DNA of 64,000 nucleotides from Squalus acanthias (Eukaryota). The notes under the pieces are model-generated. The model had not been told where the DNA came from and ran no database searches. It saw only the letters and a program-made list of their open reading frames with translations. The translations under genes and the position numbers were made by a program. Each line of letters opens with the position of its first letter. The first letter of the stretch is position 1. Below, piece after piece: positions 1 through 12,479 of the stretch. The stretch covers positions 94,552,001 to 94,616,000 of the forward strand of contig CM059431.1 in NCBI GenBank assembly GCA_030390025.1, in the 5' to 3' direction.

Positions 1-70
1 CAGAACATTGCTCTCCTCTCTTTACAGATTCCGACTGATCAGTTGAATATTTCCAGCATTTTCTGTATTT
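1..70 (-). repeat. Degenerate fragment similar to the Penelope-associated terminal sequence
   Basis: The reverse complement resembles ACAGAAAA..CTGGAAA..CTCAGCAGG..AGCATC.GTGGAGAGAG at about 21400-21455. Confidence 0.45.
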
Positions 71-658
71 GATTCACATTCTCAGCGGCTAGTTTTGGAG
101 TTTCAATGAATTGTGCTGTGATAGATGTGAGGCTGTGGAAATCACTTCCAGGGTTAGTGGTTGAGGCAGAAACTATTTATGGCCGAGAATTTCATGGAGA
201 CTTACACCATTGGAATGGCCCAACTACAGCAGTGGGCTTGTCTTACACCATAAATGTCCCAGGAAATTTTGTATTGCTGAATAAAATTTATATATTGGAC
301 ATTATTAAATTTTAAGTTTCTTAATCTTAAGTGAACATTTCCCCACAGTGACAGAAGGGAAATTATGATTTGACAAATAAACCCTTGGGCTCTTAAGCAG
401 AGCCACAATGGATTCTCTGCTTTCTTTTGTTATATGGAAGTTACTTTGTAAACTAATTGCGAGCACTTCTGTCTCGAATGTTAAAACACCATGTAAACCA
501 CCAAGCCTGGAGTTGATAAAGTGAATTGTTAAAAATAAAATTGATATGAGTTGCACTCGAGAAGGGAAAATCTAACTGAAGTTTAAGGGGATAGTCAAAT
601 TTGCATTAAAAGAAACCGGTGAAAAGCAGTCTAGGTGATCCTGCCAATTGCTGTGTAT

Positions 659-1989
659 TGTAGGGGGTGGTATGTGGGGTCAGCCTTCACCTCTGACTCA
701 GTGAGCGGTTCGAATCGCTCCCACGCCCCTGGTTCCTAGAATTTGGACTTATTTAGGGGTTGTGAACAAAGATGCAGTAGACAACAGGTTCTAATGAAAG
801 AATTTTGACTTTATTAAAAGAAAAAGGTAACAAACTTAAAACACACTTAATACTTAAACACAGGTTGGGGAACACACGGTACAGGCGAGGGAGAATGACA
901 ATATACAAAAAAAAACTTATCCCTCCCAAAAATCCCACTATCTAGCTAGGTTTTGGTTTCAGGAGATCAGGGATAATGCTCACCAAATGAATCCTTGACA
1001 GTTGAGAGTTAGGGTTTAGAGTCTTTTGAGTAAAAGGTTTCGTAAGGCCCTTGTTGCCGTGAGGTGTCCGATGGTCACTGAGGCAGTCGCTCTGGTTTCT
1101 TCTTGTGTGTTGGTCTGCTTGTGAAGTTGTTGGCCTTCTTTCCTCCTCCTCCTCGTGGCTTGTGGTGTCTTGCTGGAGCAGAGCTGAGAGAGAGCTGTGC
1201 GAGCATTGAGAGCGTTGTCAGAGAGTCCAGAGAGAGAGCGTCTTGGGGGATAGGCCCCCAATTATACTGTCAGCCCCTTTGTCATTTTCGCGCCCAAAAC
1301 CCCTTACTAAATCGGTTTCCTTTAGATTTCAAATGAGCCCTGTTTATTCCATTGTCTTAGTTTTGGTGGGCTTGTCAGTTTCGATGGCTTTAACTTGGTG
1401 TTAAACATGTCTGATAGCTTCCGAATGTTTCCCATTTAGGCAAGGCCTTTATCTGCGCGCCAAATCTTGTCCCTATTGTCCGAGGTTTTTTGGTGGGCTT
1501 GTAAATCTGTCCCTGTGGATACCTGGTTGATTGGTTTTTGATGAAGTAATCGGGGTACTAAATGTTTTATTGATTTCAGGCTTCTGTTGTCCTGTTTGGG
1601 CCTGGGAATTTCAAAAGAGGTCTTGGATTATTCATATTTCGATGTGTGTGTGAGGCTTTGGGTTTGTCTCTTCCTTCTTGGTAGGAATGCAGTGTAAACA
1701 AATTCCCAGACAGCTTGATTGGGCCCCAATACCCAAAGCTGTCCACTGCCTGGCCATGCCCCTCCGCAGCCTGTCTGTGTCTGTGAAAGGTGTCTTTCCC
1801 AACAGTAAGATTCAAAGGTCATTTTCCTCAGGGTTTTTTTGTTCCCTGATCTTTTAAAATGTCCAAAACTGAGGTTTTTACCTCAAATCACTTCACTTAG
1901 GTCCCATCATCCCAAGTTTGTATGAAAGGTCCAAAAATCACTCCCTTTAGGTTCTGTTCGAGTTTCTGGGGGATTTTGCGAAGCCTACA
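659..1989 (-). mobile_element. Solo LTR (1331 bp)
   Basis: Inverted termini TGTAGG...CCTACA. TSD GTAT at 655-658 and 1990-1993. On the minus strand there is a TATA-like TATAAT at about 1262-1267 and AATAAA at about 810-815. Confidence 0.85.
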
Positions 1990-3415
1990 GTATCAAGGAA
2001 GAATGTTTGTGGGGAAATAAAATTGAACATTGACAAAACCTGTCAGTCCGACAATACTGTAATGATAAAATGGACTCAGACACAATAAACCGGGTTATTT
2101 TGGGAAATAAAAAGATCCTCTACATTAAAGAATTTAAAAAGTGTTAATAACTGGGACCAAGTGGGAACGTTTGTTCTATGTTTTCAATCTTTAATATTGT
2201 ATTGGACAGTAAAGTTCCCACCGGGCTCATGAATGAGATAGAATGGTAATTAATGGAATGTATAAAATGGAATGAGAGGAAGTGATTGAGGATGTAAGAT
2301 AGAAACAGGAAAATTACACCACCAAATGGAATTTTCCCAACATTCTAGTGAAAGTCAGGAAAGTGTAGTTAACAAAAGTAAATTGGTCATTTTCTCTTGG
2401 AGACATTTGTGTCCTTGCCTATGAACTTTTTAAAAAAAACTGCATTTGATAGCCTGGCCACTACCCAAGACATCGGGACCATGCACTGGGAGATGACCAA
2501 AGATCTCCAGACAATCTTTTGATGAGATCACCTGCAAGCCTGAGAATGGCTTGTATCAGATGGCATGTGTGGCATGATATTGGGATGTGTGGGTGTGCAA
2601 ATGTGATTTGTTACGTATGAAGCATTTAGCATGCGGAAATGCAGGACGAATTTGCACTGAAGAACGGGTCTCAGACATGCTCAGTTACTTGACAACAGCA
2701 CGACATGAAATGTTTAATGTGGCTCAGGAGAGTGAGACAACTTTTTAAATCATCACGGCATTGACACATACTCCAGAGAGAAACTGACTTTGAAACGATC
2801 AGGATAGAGTTAAACACACTGGTACCTGTCAGAAGGATTGAAATTGAAGTTGAAGTGGAGAGGGAAATAGAATTTGGATTGGGCCAATTGAGGGCTAAGG
2901 AGAAATAAATTTAGCAAGAATTATCCACAAGATAGATACGAGTAAAAGAGAATCTTTTAAGTCCATGATTTGTTGATTAGATGTTAAACTGTAGCTTTCT
3001 TTACAATGTCTGTATTCTTTGTCTGCATTATTGTCACTTGAAATGTATGTACTTGGTCGATGTGCTAATAATTGTAAGACTTAATTATAACTTTGACTGT
3101 AATAATTGTGTTTTGTAGGTAACAGTGTGTGGGAAAAGCCAGTACAAATCCAATATGAGGTGGTTTTGGTGGTGCCTTTTTTGTGAAGCAGGGAGACTGT
3201 CAGGTACACTGACTAACGTGAGTAAGGTGACACAGTGGGACTGGGAACCAAGAGTGGTGGGAGTTGGAGTGAGTAGAAAGGAGAGATAGGTGCCTACTCG
3301 ATCTCTAGTCTGAACACCTGCGAGGGATTGTACCTTAGAATGTACAATGTTACCCGGACTGTGGTGATGACATACTTGATTGAGGAAGGAACCGTGGTGT
3401 GTGTAAAATGATCAG

Positions 3416-3927
3416 GGAAAAGGACCTTACTGTGTCACTACCACCACAACTTCTATGTTGTATGGGACTAGCAGAACCTGTCCCATTCATCGCCCCAGTT
3501 TCTGCTTCACACCACATCTACCCACAACCATCAACTAACACGTTTTACTCAATATCAAAACCTATGCCCAAATGAAACTAACAGCAAACAAGACACTCAA
3601 GGGTATTCCCCTGTTGTCTGAGGACTTCAGTGAGCTCGTGATGTGACTGAATTCCTCCCTCACCTATTTTTATGTGCTGGAGCAAGACAACTCGAGAATA
3701 AATGCTGAAATTGAAAGATTGGGGTTGATTTGCACTGATGGGATATTGGGCTTAATATATCAGCACTCCCTTGGGTTCATATTATTTCACACACTCTGGT
3801 AGTTCTCCAACTTGTAATGATAGTGTATTTGATATATGTAACCTGTGTAGTAAGAAATATGTTAAAAAGGCTTAAGCACCACACTGGACAGCTGGAAGTG
3901 GCTCAACTCTGTAAGGAAATTAAGTGA
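3416..3927 (+). pseudogene. Decayed viral envelope/fusion glycoprotein C-terminal half
   Basis: Manual translation through stops and one frameshift gives GKGPYCVTTTTTSMLYGTSRTCPIHRPSFCFTPHLP...FYVLEQDNSRINAEIERL / H*WDIGLNISALPWVHIISHTLVVLQLVMIVYLIYVTCVVRNMLKR...*. This reads as a Cys-rich ectodomain, a heptad-like stretch, a Trp-rich membrane-proximal segment, a TM helix and a basic tail. Confidence 0.55.
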
Positions 3928-4537
3928 GGGAAGAATTTTTACTTTGATGTATAAGCCAAATGTGTATCTATAATCATGACTAAATCTACTAACGAATTAA
4001 TGCTGGACGAAAATCCGAAGCAACGTAGAGGAGACCCCAGGCAGGGTAAGATCAGGAAGAAATGAGGAACAGAGGATACCTCAGGTGGGGCAGAACTGGA
4101 ACCGGAATAGTGATTTGAACCTGTGTGAGGGGTGGGAGGTAGTTCCTCCCCCTTAGAGGAGTGGACTGTAAGAAAGGGGGAAATCTTCATTTCTAAGTCT
4201 CCCTACTAACTAACTGGACTAAATTAAATAAGTATTATCAGTTATAGTCTTAAGTTTGTATTGTTTTTATTATGTAACTGATACGCAATGTACAATGATG
4301 CCTGAAAAATCATGCTTTTAAAACGAGTGTAATATGCCCTGGGTAGGAGCAGTTAGATTTTAAATGCAGGTGTTGGGCTTCCCTTGACCAACATTTTAAA
4401 AGTGCTTCTCAGGAAACTTATTAATAAAAACAGTAGACAGCTAGCCTGGAAATCAAGGTCATGTGTGGTTGCCACTGTGTGGAATGTTATGATATCTGCA
4501 GGGAATTAAAAACATAGGCAAAGGGCAAGGACACCAT

Positions 4538-5352
4538 GGGCTTGATTTTGTCTTGGGGTCGGGTTGGGGTCATGTTACCCACATTTCGTGTTGCCCCCCC
4601 CCCGACTCCAGATTAATGTGGATTAATGATGCGATTTTAACTTAATTGGCCAATTGAGTTCCCACATGTGGGAACCCATGGCCAATGAGTTATTCCAGTC
4701 TGAAAGTCGCCTCCGATGATGTCATCATTGCTGCTGCATTTAAGGTCTGCAGCAAGCCTTGCTTCCTCTGCAGGCTGCCAAGCTTTTGGACCTGTAATCT
4801 CAGCACCTGCAGCAGGAATGGCCAGCCAATGGCCCAGGGCTGCTCCCAGGTTCCATGATGTTGCCCTTCAGGCTTTGGTAGATGGAGCAAGAGCCAACAA
4901 GGAGGTGCTCTTCCCCTCCTCAGGGAGGAAGAAGCCTCCCCAGCAGACAAAGGCTGTGTGGGTCCAGATCGCCCAGGAGGTCACCTCTTTATCTCTGACA
5001 AGCAGAACCTGGATCCAGTGCAGGAAGAGGTTTCATGACCTTCTACGTACTGCTAAAGTGAGTATGACTTTCCCTTCACCCTCAATCTGATCCCCATTGC
5101 CTCTCCTCACCAGCACTCAGCTTCAGCAACCTCTTCCTCCATATCCCACTTGACACTGACATCCATGCACCCTTACCCATTCCCTCTCCCTCTATGGTCA
5201 CATTCACCTTACTATTCCACTATGCAGCCCTCACACTCCCTATCACTGTCATGCTATGAAAACAACTTACAACACACAGGGAGGGCCCTTGGTCTTGCCA
5301 CCTCACTCCATCTTTGTCTCCTTCTAAGCATCTATGCTATGGACTCTCTACA
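4538..5352 (+). mobile_element. Harbinger family A left-end fragment (TIR, Myb/SANT exon 1, part of intron 1)
   Basis: Starts GGGCTTGATTTT and is colinear with 7624-8437. Encodes APRFHDVALQALV...WIQCRKRFHDL, followed by a GTGAGT donor. Confidence 0.9.
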
Positions 5353-5577
5353 TCAGGTCATGGGATTTGTCAGCTTTTAGTCCCATTAGTTTCTCAAGTA
5401 CTTATTCTCTACTGTTATTAATTACTTTAAGTTCCTCGCTCTTATTAGTCCCTTGGTTCCCCACTATTTTTGGTACGATTTATGATTTTAAAACAAAGCA
5501 TAATTTTGTTTTATATTTGTGCTGATTATTCATATCTGTTACTGCAGAACATTGAAAATGTATTTTGATATATGTAG

Positions 5578-5690
5578 AGAAAGGAAGAACTTGCATTTAT
5601 ATAGTGCCTTTCACAACCTTGGGATATCCCAAAGTGCTTCACAGCCAATGGAGTACATTTGAAGTGTACTCGCTGTTGTAATGTAGGCAA
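5578..5690 (-). mobile_element. DeuSINE-like SINE 3' fragment
   Basis: The reverse complement matches the 3' end of the SINE at 18235-18622 (CCTACATTACAACAG...GTGAAAGG..CTAT..AAATGCAAG). Confidence 0.7.
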
Positions 5691-7902
5691 AAGCATATCC
5701 AAAACTGGCAGAAACATGACCAGATTGTATCCATCTGTAGATTAGCAATTTTCCTTTAGAGGTTGAGGTGAAAATATACAGATGGGGAAATTAAACTTGG
5801 CCAGGGATGCAAAACAGGCAGAATCGCTTTTGCTGCCCATTATATGACATGTCCTATATTCAGTTCTATTGAAGTCAATGGAACTGAGTACAATGGCCGA
5901 CCGATGGAATACTGCCTGTTTTGTATCCCCACCCATCTGCAATTTCACCCCCTTAAAATTGAAATGGAATCTTAAGAAAGATTGATCTGAGCGTCATTCA
6001 CCATTTTGTGCCCATTTTGGGCAAAGAAGGATACGTCCAACAAAGTAAGTTCTATTCCTTCGTTTAAACATGCAAAAATTCAGTAATTTCACATGCATCA
6101 TGATACTTTAAAAATAGCACAACATGACAAATAAGGGCAGGTAAGTTTAAATATCAGTTGAGGCTGGGAGTTGAACAGATGACCTTTTGGTTAAGAGCCC
6201 AACATTTGATCGCTGGAGTTCCAAGGCAGCTCTTATTCCATTACAGTAAACTGCTGATTTATAAAAGCAGGTTAAATAAGAACTGTTGCTTTGTTAGTAT
6301 GTTATCAACCTATACTACAGTTGATTTACTTTGTATCAACAGATATAACTGTTTTTGCTTCTTGCTATAAAACTCCAGGTACAATCTATGATTGTTCTTG
6401 GCTCTTTTGCTAGTTAAGAAAGCACGTAAATCACCCTCTCTTTAATATACCTTTTGTAATTGTAATTGTGATTTTATACAACTCCCAAAGACAGTGTTAT
6501 TGAACAAATATATTCTACATTAAATAAAACCCAACAGTCCCATTATTTTGCATCTCCTTAACCAAGTTAACCCATAGATTAGGTTTTCAGAAATTGATGC
6601 TGTATTGCCATATTACCCAGTTCAGAGGGATATCGCAGCTTCCTTTCTTGAACACAAACCTCCTGTTAGCACTCTACTAATAACTTCAATTGTGAATGTA
6701 TTTACAGTTGACCACAACACATTAAGGGGATATGTCATCCATGATAGGATTATCTGCAGTGGCTGAGGTGGAATGGATCTAACTTTTAACTGATGATTAA
6801 ATAAGAAACTATTGCTTTTATTTTTAAACATTAGCATATTTATCCTGATTCTCCAGTATATAGTAAAATTAGGTTTGACCTTGGGTTGGGAGGGCTGGAT
6901 ATTCAGCGAGAGTATTCACATAGCCATAACAAAGGACTAACTTGATGAAACCCGCTAGTGCAGAAAGATCGCCAACTTATGTAGACACTTCCTGCATCAG
7001 ACATCCAGAGATGAGATGCATATGAGTCTGCATTCCCTCCCACACCAACAGACTGCCCAGGCTAACTGAGAAAACAGATCCACACCACCGCAACTCTATC
7101 AGGGTTTAAAATCCTTACTAGTACTGTAGTTTATTATAAGTTACCTGGGCCATAAGCATAGTCTCATCCTTGGATTATTCAGAGCCGCAGACCTTTCCAT
7201 TCAAGCTTCTGATCTATTTCCAATTGTCTGATTGTACTTTCTCCTGATTGAAGCTTTGTGTATCACAAAGACATGATGTAGTACAGTACAAACTTCAAAA
7301 CAAATCGACATTAAACATTGTGGAGCCAAACATGTTACCATGACTCTGAGATAGCCATTATGGAATGCTTTAAGGAAAAAGCAATGTAATCAGTCTTTAT
7401 TTCGAAACTTAAAAAAGGGAAAACAATATAACATGGCACAAGCAGTAATACTTGGACACTGAAAATATGTATGTAAAATAATATATAAGTTAAAAGCCTA
7501 TAAGGAAACATGTTTAGTGCTATTAGCCGGGATTTTGCTGCGAGCGGCGAAGGAATGGCTTCTGCCATTCACCTCGTGTACAATTGCCCACAGACGTTCA
7601 GTGGGCTTGTCAGCAGACACTTCAGGCTGGATTTTGATACTGGGGCGGGTTGGGGTCGTGTTATCCACTTCTCGTGTTGCCCACCCGAATCTAGATCAAT
7701 GTGGGAGAGTGATGCGATTTTAACTTAATTGGCCAATTGAGTTCCAACCTGTGGGAACCCATGGCAAATGAGTTATTCCAGTCTGAAAGTCGCCTCCGAT
7801 GACGTCATCATTGCTGCCGCATTTAAGGTCTGCAACAAGCCTTGCTTCTTCTGCAGACTGCCAAGCTTCTGGGCTTGTATCTTAGAGGCAACTGCAGGAG
7901 GA

Positions 7903-9655
7903 ATGGCCAGCCAAAGACCCAGGTCTGCTCCCAGGTTCGATGACGTTGCCCTGCAAGCTTTAGTGGAGGGAGCAAGAGCCAACAGAGAGGTGCTCTTCCC
8001 TTCCTCAGGGAGGAAGAAGCCTCCCCAGCAGACCAAGGCTGTGTGGGTCCAGGTCGCCCAGGAGGTCAACTCTATATCCATCACCAGCAGAACCTGGCTC
8101 CAGTGCAGGAAGAGGTTTCATGACCTTCTACGCACTGCAAAAGTGAGTATGACTTTCCCTTCACCCTCAATCTGATCCCCATTGCCTCTCCTCACCAGCA
8201 CTCAGCTTTAGCAACCTCTTCCTCCATATCCTACTTGACACTGACATCCATGCACCCTTACCCATTCCCTCTCCCTCTATGGTCACATTCACCTTACTAT
8301 TTGACTATGCAGCCCTCACACTCCCTATCGCTGTCATGCTATGAAAATAACTTACAACACACAGGGAGGGCCCTTGGTCTTGCCACCTCACTCCATCTTT
8401 GTTTCCTTCTAAGCATCTATGCTATGGACTCTCTACACTCACTCCTTCAATCTCACTCAAACTCCACTTGTCTCCCTCATTGCAGGAAAAGAGAGCTCAC
8501 AATAAAAGGGAAAGAGCCAGGACAGGAGGAGGGCCTCCTTCATTAGCCCAGCTCACCCCCTGGGAGGATGCGGTCCTGGAGATCGTGGGAGTGGAGGACG
8601 ATACACAAGTGGGGGACGGACAGACGGGTGCATCACAGCAAGCTGGTGACTGAATAGTGTTCCATCTCTCTCATCGACATTGCATGAGTCGCTGATAATT
8701 AATCTGAAGCTCTAACAGATGGAGTTATGATCATCTGCAATATGCAATGTGCATGTAACCTTGGCATCACATCTCTGACTCTTTCCTTTACTCCCCACAG
8801 GACCATCGCAAGCACCCGTCCCCACTAGCCAGGAGGCACCAGCCTGAGCATCCAGACTCCTCAGAGGAAGCTGCAACCTCTGAGGGCGCAGCGTCAGCAG
8901 AACTAAGCGCACCCAGCACCAGCGCAGACACTCACACCTCGGTGGGACCCTCGGGACATAGAGTAGTGTTGTCACCTGGTGTATCACAGCTCACAAGTGA
9001 GCATCAGCAGATGGTGGAGACAGGGACAGCAGTGGAGAGTCCTAGTCGGAGGGCGCAGGACTCTCCTAGCTCGGCTCAGCTGCATGTCGACCCTCTGCCT
9101 CTGGGACCATCCATAAGATCAGCGGTGCTGGGACTCCAGGAACAGATGCAGGAGTCTCTGACAGGTTTTGTCTCCAGGGTCACTGCGAGTGTGGAGCAAA
9201 TGGAGGAGTCCATAGCGAACATGAGCAGAGCCTTTGTGGAGTCATTGGCGCATGAACGCATCACCATGGAAAGGATGGCAACCTCCATGGAGGTGATAAG
9301 TCGCCAGAGTGCAGAAAACATGGTCATTGTTCTGAATAGAATGACATCTCTGGAGGAGCGATGGTCATCTATTGAACAGAGAAACCAGACCTTCATGGAA
9401 GTCCTTCTGAGTAGGACTTCCAGTGCAGATACGGGTCCCCATGGCCCCCCTGATGTGCAGCAAGGTGCTCTCAAGCCACTTGCAAGCGCTGAGGTGGACC
9501 TGACCCATGAGAGGGATGTTGGTGGCACACAACAAGGAGGTGGAGGCTCCTCTCCAAGCGCTCACACTTCCATGCCACTGACAGGTCCTCGCTCAGAGCC
9601 CCACCAGAGTCCCCACCCAACTGAGATCGGCGTCTCAACCCCTGCCCAGCCGTAG
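7903..9655 (+). pseudogene. Harbinger Myb/SANT-like DNA-binding protein, 3 exons (7903-8142, 8486-8645, 8801-9655), apparent frameshift near 8840
   Basis: Trihelix motifs PRFDDVALQALV, W..VAQEV and WLQCRKRFHDL. Exon 2 reads EKRAHNKRERARTGGGPP. Introns are GT-AG. The spliced phase hits a TGA early in exon 3, and the long 8942-9655 ORF is in a different frame. Confidence 0.8.
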
Positions 9656-10083
9656 GAGCAGCAGACTGTTGCCGAGCCCTCTCAGGTTCGCAACCCCAGA
9701 GGACGCCCGCCAAAGGAGTCAAGACAGGAGCAGCAACAATGTGAGTAGGGGGCCTCCACTTCTGCTGAAGCCACAGGGGAAGCACCACGTAGGAGCACGC
9801 GTAAGAGAAAGAAACTGCACAAATAGTCACAAGGGTAGTCACTTGGGTGAATTTTGATGTGTATTGTTAAGAAGCCATCAGGTTTAAAGTTTAAATAAAA
9901 ACTCTGATGGCTACAGCTGCAGTTGTGGCATCTGTCATTTCGCTAATGGGACTTCCACAATGAGGCCTTAGGATAACTTGCAATTGTCAGTATGGTGGTC
10001 ACATTGTTAGGGATCCGCTGGGTCTGGGCCATTGTCGTAGCTCTGGTAAGAAGCTGCAAGGCAAAAGTGCTTTCTTGTCTAGG

Positions 10084-11337
10084 CTAAGCAAATCTGGCCA
10101 AGATGAGTGCGTTCCTTGCATTCCGGGCAGCTATGGTCTCGCGTAATGCTGCCGCTGGTTGAGGGGCCTCTGCAAGTTGTTCGTTCTCTCTCTCCCCCTC
10201 CTCCTCCTCCTCCTCCTCCTCATCTGAGGAGGCTATGTGAGGAGCCACTTGGTCCTCCGGCATCTGTAAGCCACGACGCTGTGCCATGTTGTGAAGTGCA
10301 CAGCAAACCACGACGATTCTGGAGACCCTGGCTGCTGAGTATTGCAGGGCTCCACCTGATCTGTCCAGGCATCTGAAGCGCATCTTCAGCATACCGATGG
10401 TTTGCTCGATTATGGATCTGGTGGAAATGTGGCTGGAGTTGTAGCTCTCCTCAGCTGCGTTGGATGGGCTCCTCAACGGCGTTATTAGCCACGTCCTCAG
10501 GGGATAGCCCTTGTCTCCAAGTAGTCATCTGTGAAGTTGGTCTGGCGGACTGAATAGCGGAGGCACACTAGACAGGCGCAGTATGAAGGAGTCATGGCAA
10601 CTGCCAGGGTACTTGGCACAAACATGCAGAACTTCCTTGTTGTGGTCACACACCAGCTGAACATTGAGGGCGTGGAAGCCCTTGCAGTTGACAAAAATAC
10701 CTGGATTGCGATGGGGTGCTTTAAGGGCCACATGTGTGCAGTCAACGACGCCCTGCACCCTTGGAAAGCCTGCCAGATTAGCTAATCCAACCGCACGCGC
10801 CGTGACACTTGCCCGATCCTTGGTGAAATGGATGTGATTGTGCGCGATGGCAAAGACGGCATCGGTTACCTGCGTGATGCAGGTGTGTGCGGCCGCCTGG
10901 GAGATGCCGCAGATGTCTGCTGCTGATCCCTGGAATGAGCCTGAGGCAAAAAAGTTGAGTGCGGTGGTGACTTTGACGGCTACTGGTAAGGGGCGTCCAC
11001 CTGGTCCTCTGGGCTCCAGGTCTTGTTACAGCATTGCGCAGATGTCACCCACTACCTCTCGAGAAAGTCGGAGCCGCCTTTGGCACTGCTGCTCAGACAT
11101 GTTGAGGTAGCTGGCCCTCTGTCTGTAGACCCTGGTTGGGGGGTATCTCCTGCGCCGACGGCCTTCCATGCGCTGGCCCCTTCTGTCCTGTGCAGCTTCA
11201 GGTGGGTGAGCAGCAGCTTGGCGCTCCTGCTGTTGCTGCTGCTGTTGCTGCTGCAGTTGTTCATGGTTCTGCTGGTGCCGCGGCTGCTGTTCCTCCTCAT
11301 CGGATATCCAGGAGGGAAGGAAATAAATGGCTCCCAT
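10084..11337 (-). pseudogene. Harbinger (HARBI1-like) DDE transposase with two in-frame stops (11026-11028, 10525-10527)
   Basis: One frame contains [64 protein letters not shown] and CCALHN. Confidence 0.93.
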
Positions 11338-11961
11338 GCCTCTGGTATATGTCTCAGTTGAGGAAGCCCTCAATGAGGGTGGCGAGAGGGGTTTCCCAGG
11401 AGGTCACACTGCAGATGGGTGTCAGGCTCAAAACTTCCAGAGCTGTAGTTATGCCTTCTAAAAGTTCCCCCAGACCTGTGACAACAAAGTCCTGCCACCT
11501 GCAATTGATGGCTGATCAAATCTCCTGTTTAAAGGTTGAGCTGCAGCTGATAGTCAGCAATCCACTTGTGCTCCTGCCAGGTTTCACTGGAGTGTTTCCC
11601 ATCAGGCGTGCTTCACGTGGGAAAAGGGTTAAAGTGCCTAAAATGGTTCAAAATGGCATTACTGAGCCACTTTAGGGATTGTTAAGAGCGTTAATGGCCT
11701 TTCGCGCCTCTTGGAGGCGGGACGGAGTCGGGAACCCCGCGATCCATTTTGTCAAAATTGCATGGAGGCGTGTTGGAATCGGGATGGGGTCGGGACCCCC
11801 GAATCTGCTACTTTAACCCCCCACCCCACGCCTCCAATCCCGACTCCACGGGGCATTGAAAATCCAGCCCCATATCTCTACACATGGAGACATGTTCTGT
11901 TTGTGTTGCCATAACTACCCCAGATATGAGTCTTGATGCTCAAAAACAGATGAAGTCAGGG

Positions 11962-12460
11962 TGTCATGAGATGAGGACCTGACAGGGGCAGGTGGGATCA
12001 TTAGCTACGTGGCATCCCTGTAATCGGACAGGGGGTTTCAGGTCAATGATTGGGTTAACTGGTCCCCATAGGCTTTGCTGGGAAGAAGAAGTATAAGACG
12101 GGCTCTCTCAAACACTTAGGTTGTAGAGGCATTCGGCAAGAAGCCTGGGAACATCCACCAGACGAGCCGAGGAGGGTTTCGGGTTGGCGGAAGACCCACA
12201 CCGTCACACCGGGCGGACGAGCGAGCCTGGAGGCCAGGTCCGACTGGGGTTGACCCATGGAGATCGCGTCTTCTACCCAGGGCCCAACGGGTAATACAAA
12301 CCTTGATTGCGCCTTGTTTAACTACTGCTCAGATGCTGTAATGTATCAAGTCTCACTTTCACTGAATAAAATATAATTACTGTCACCAATACGAGTCAAG
12401 TCGAATCTTTCGGAGCTTAGGAGTGAAAGGGTTAATTGGCACAGACCCAGGAACTCAACA
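11962..12460 (+). mobile_element. Possible solo LTR fragment
   Basis: TG...CA ends, TATAAG at about 12092 and AATAAA at 12365. No TSD found. Confidence 0.3.
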
Positions 12461-12479
12461 ATGCTCACATGTCGTCCAG

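Larger units (their letters stand above)
7624..11870. mobile_element. Full-length Harbinger/PIF DNA transposon, family A (defective)
   Basis: TIRs AGGCTGGATTTT and AAAATCCAGCCC. Convergent Myb/SANT gene (+) and HARBI1-like transposase (-). Confidence 0.92.

Noticed and set aside
10084..11337. Host HARBI1 gene
   Set aside because: It lies between TIRs, is paired with a Myb gene, has nonsense codons and has several relatives in the window, so it is a transposon copy.
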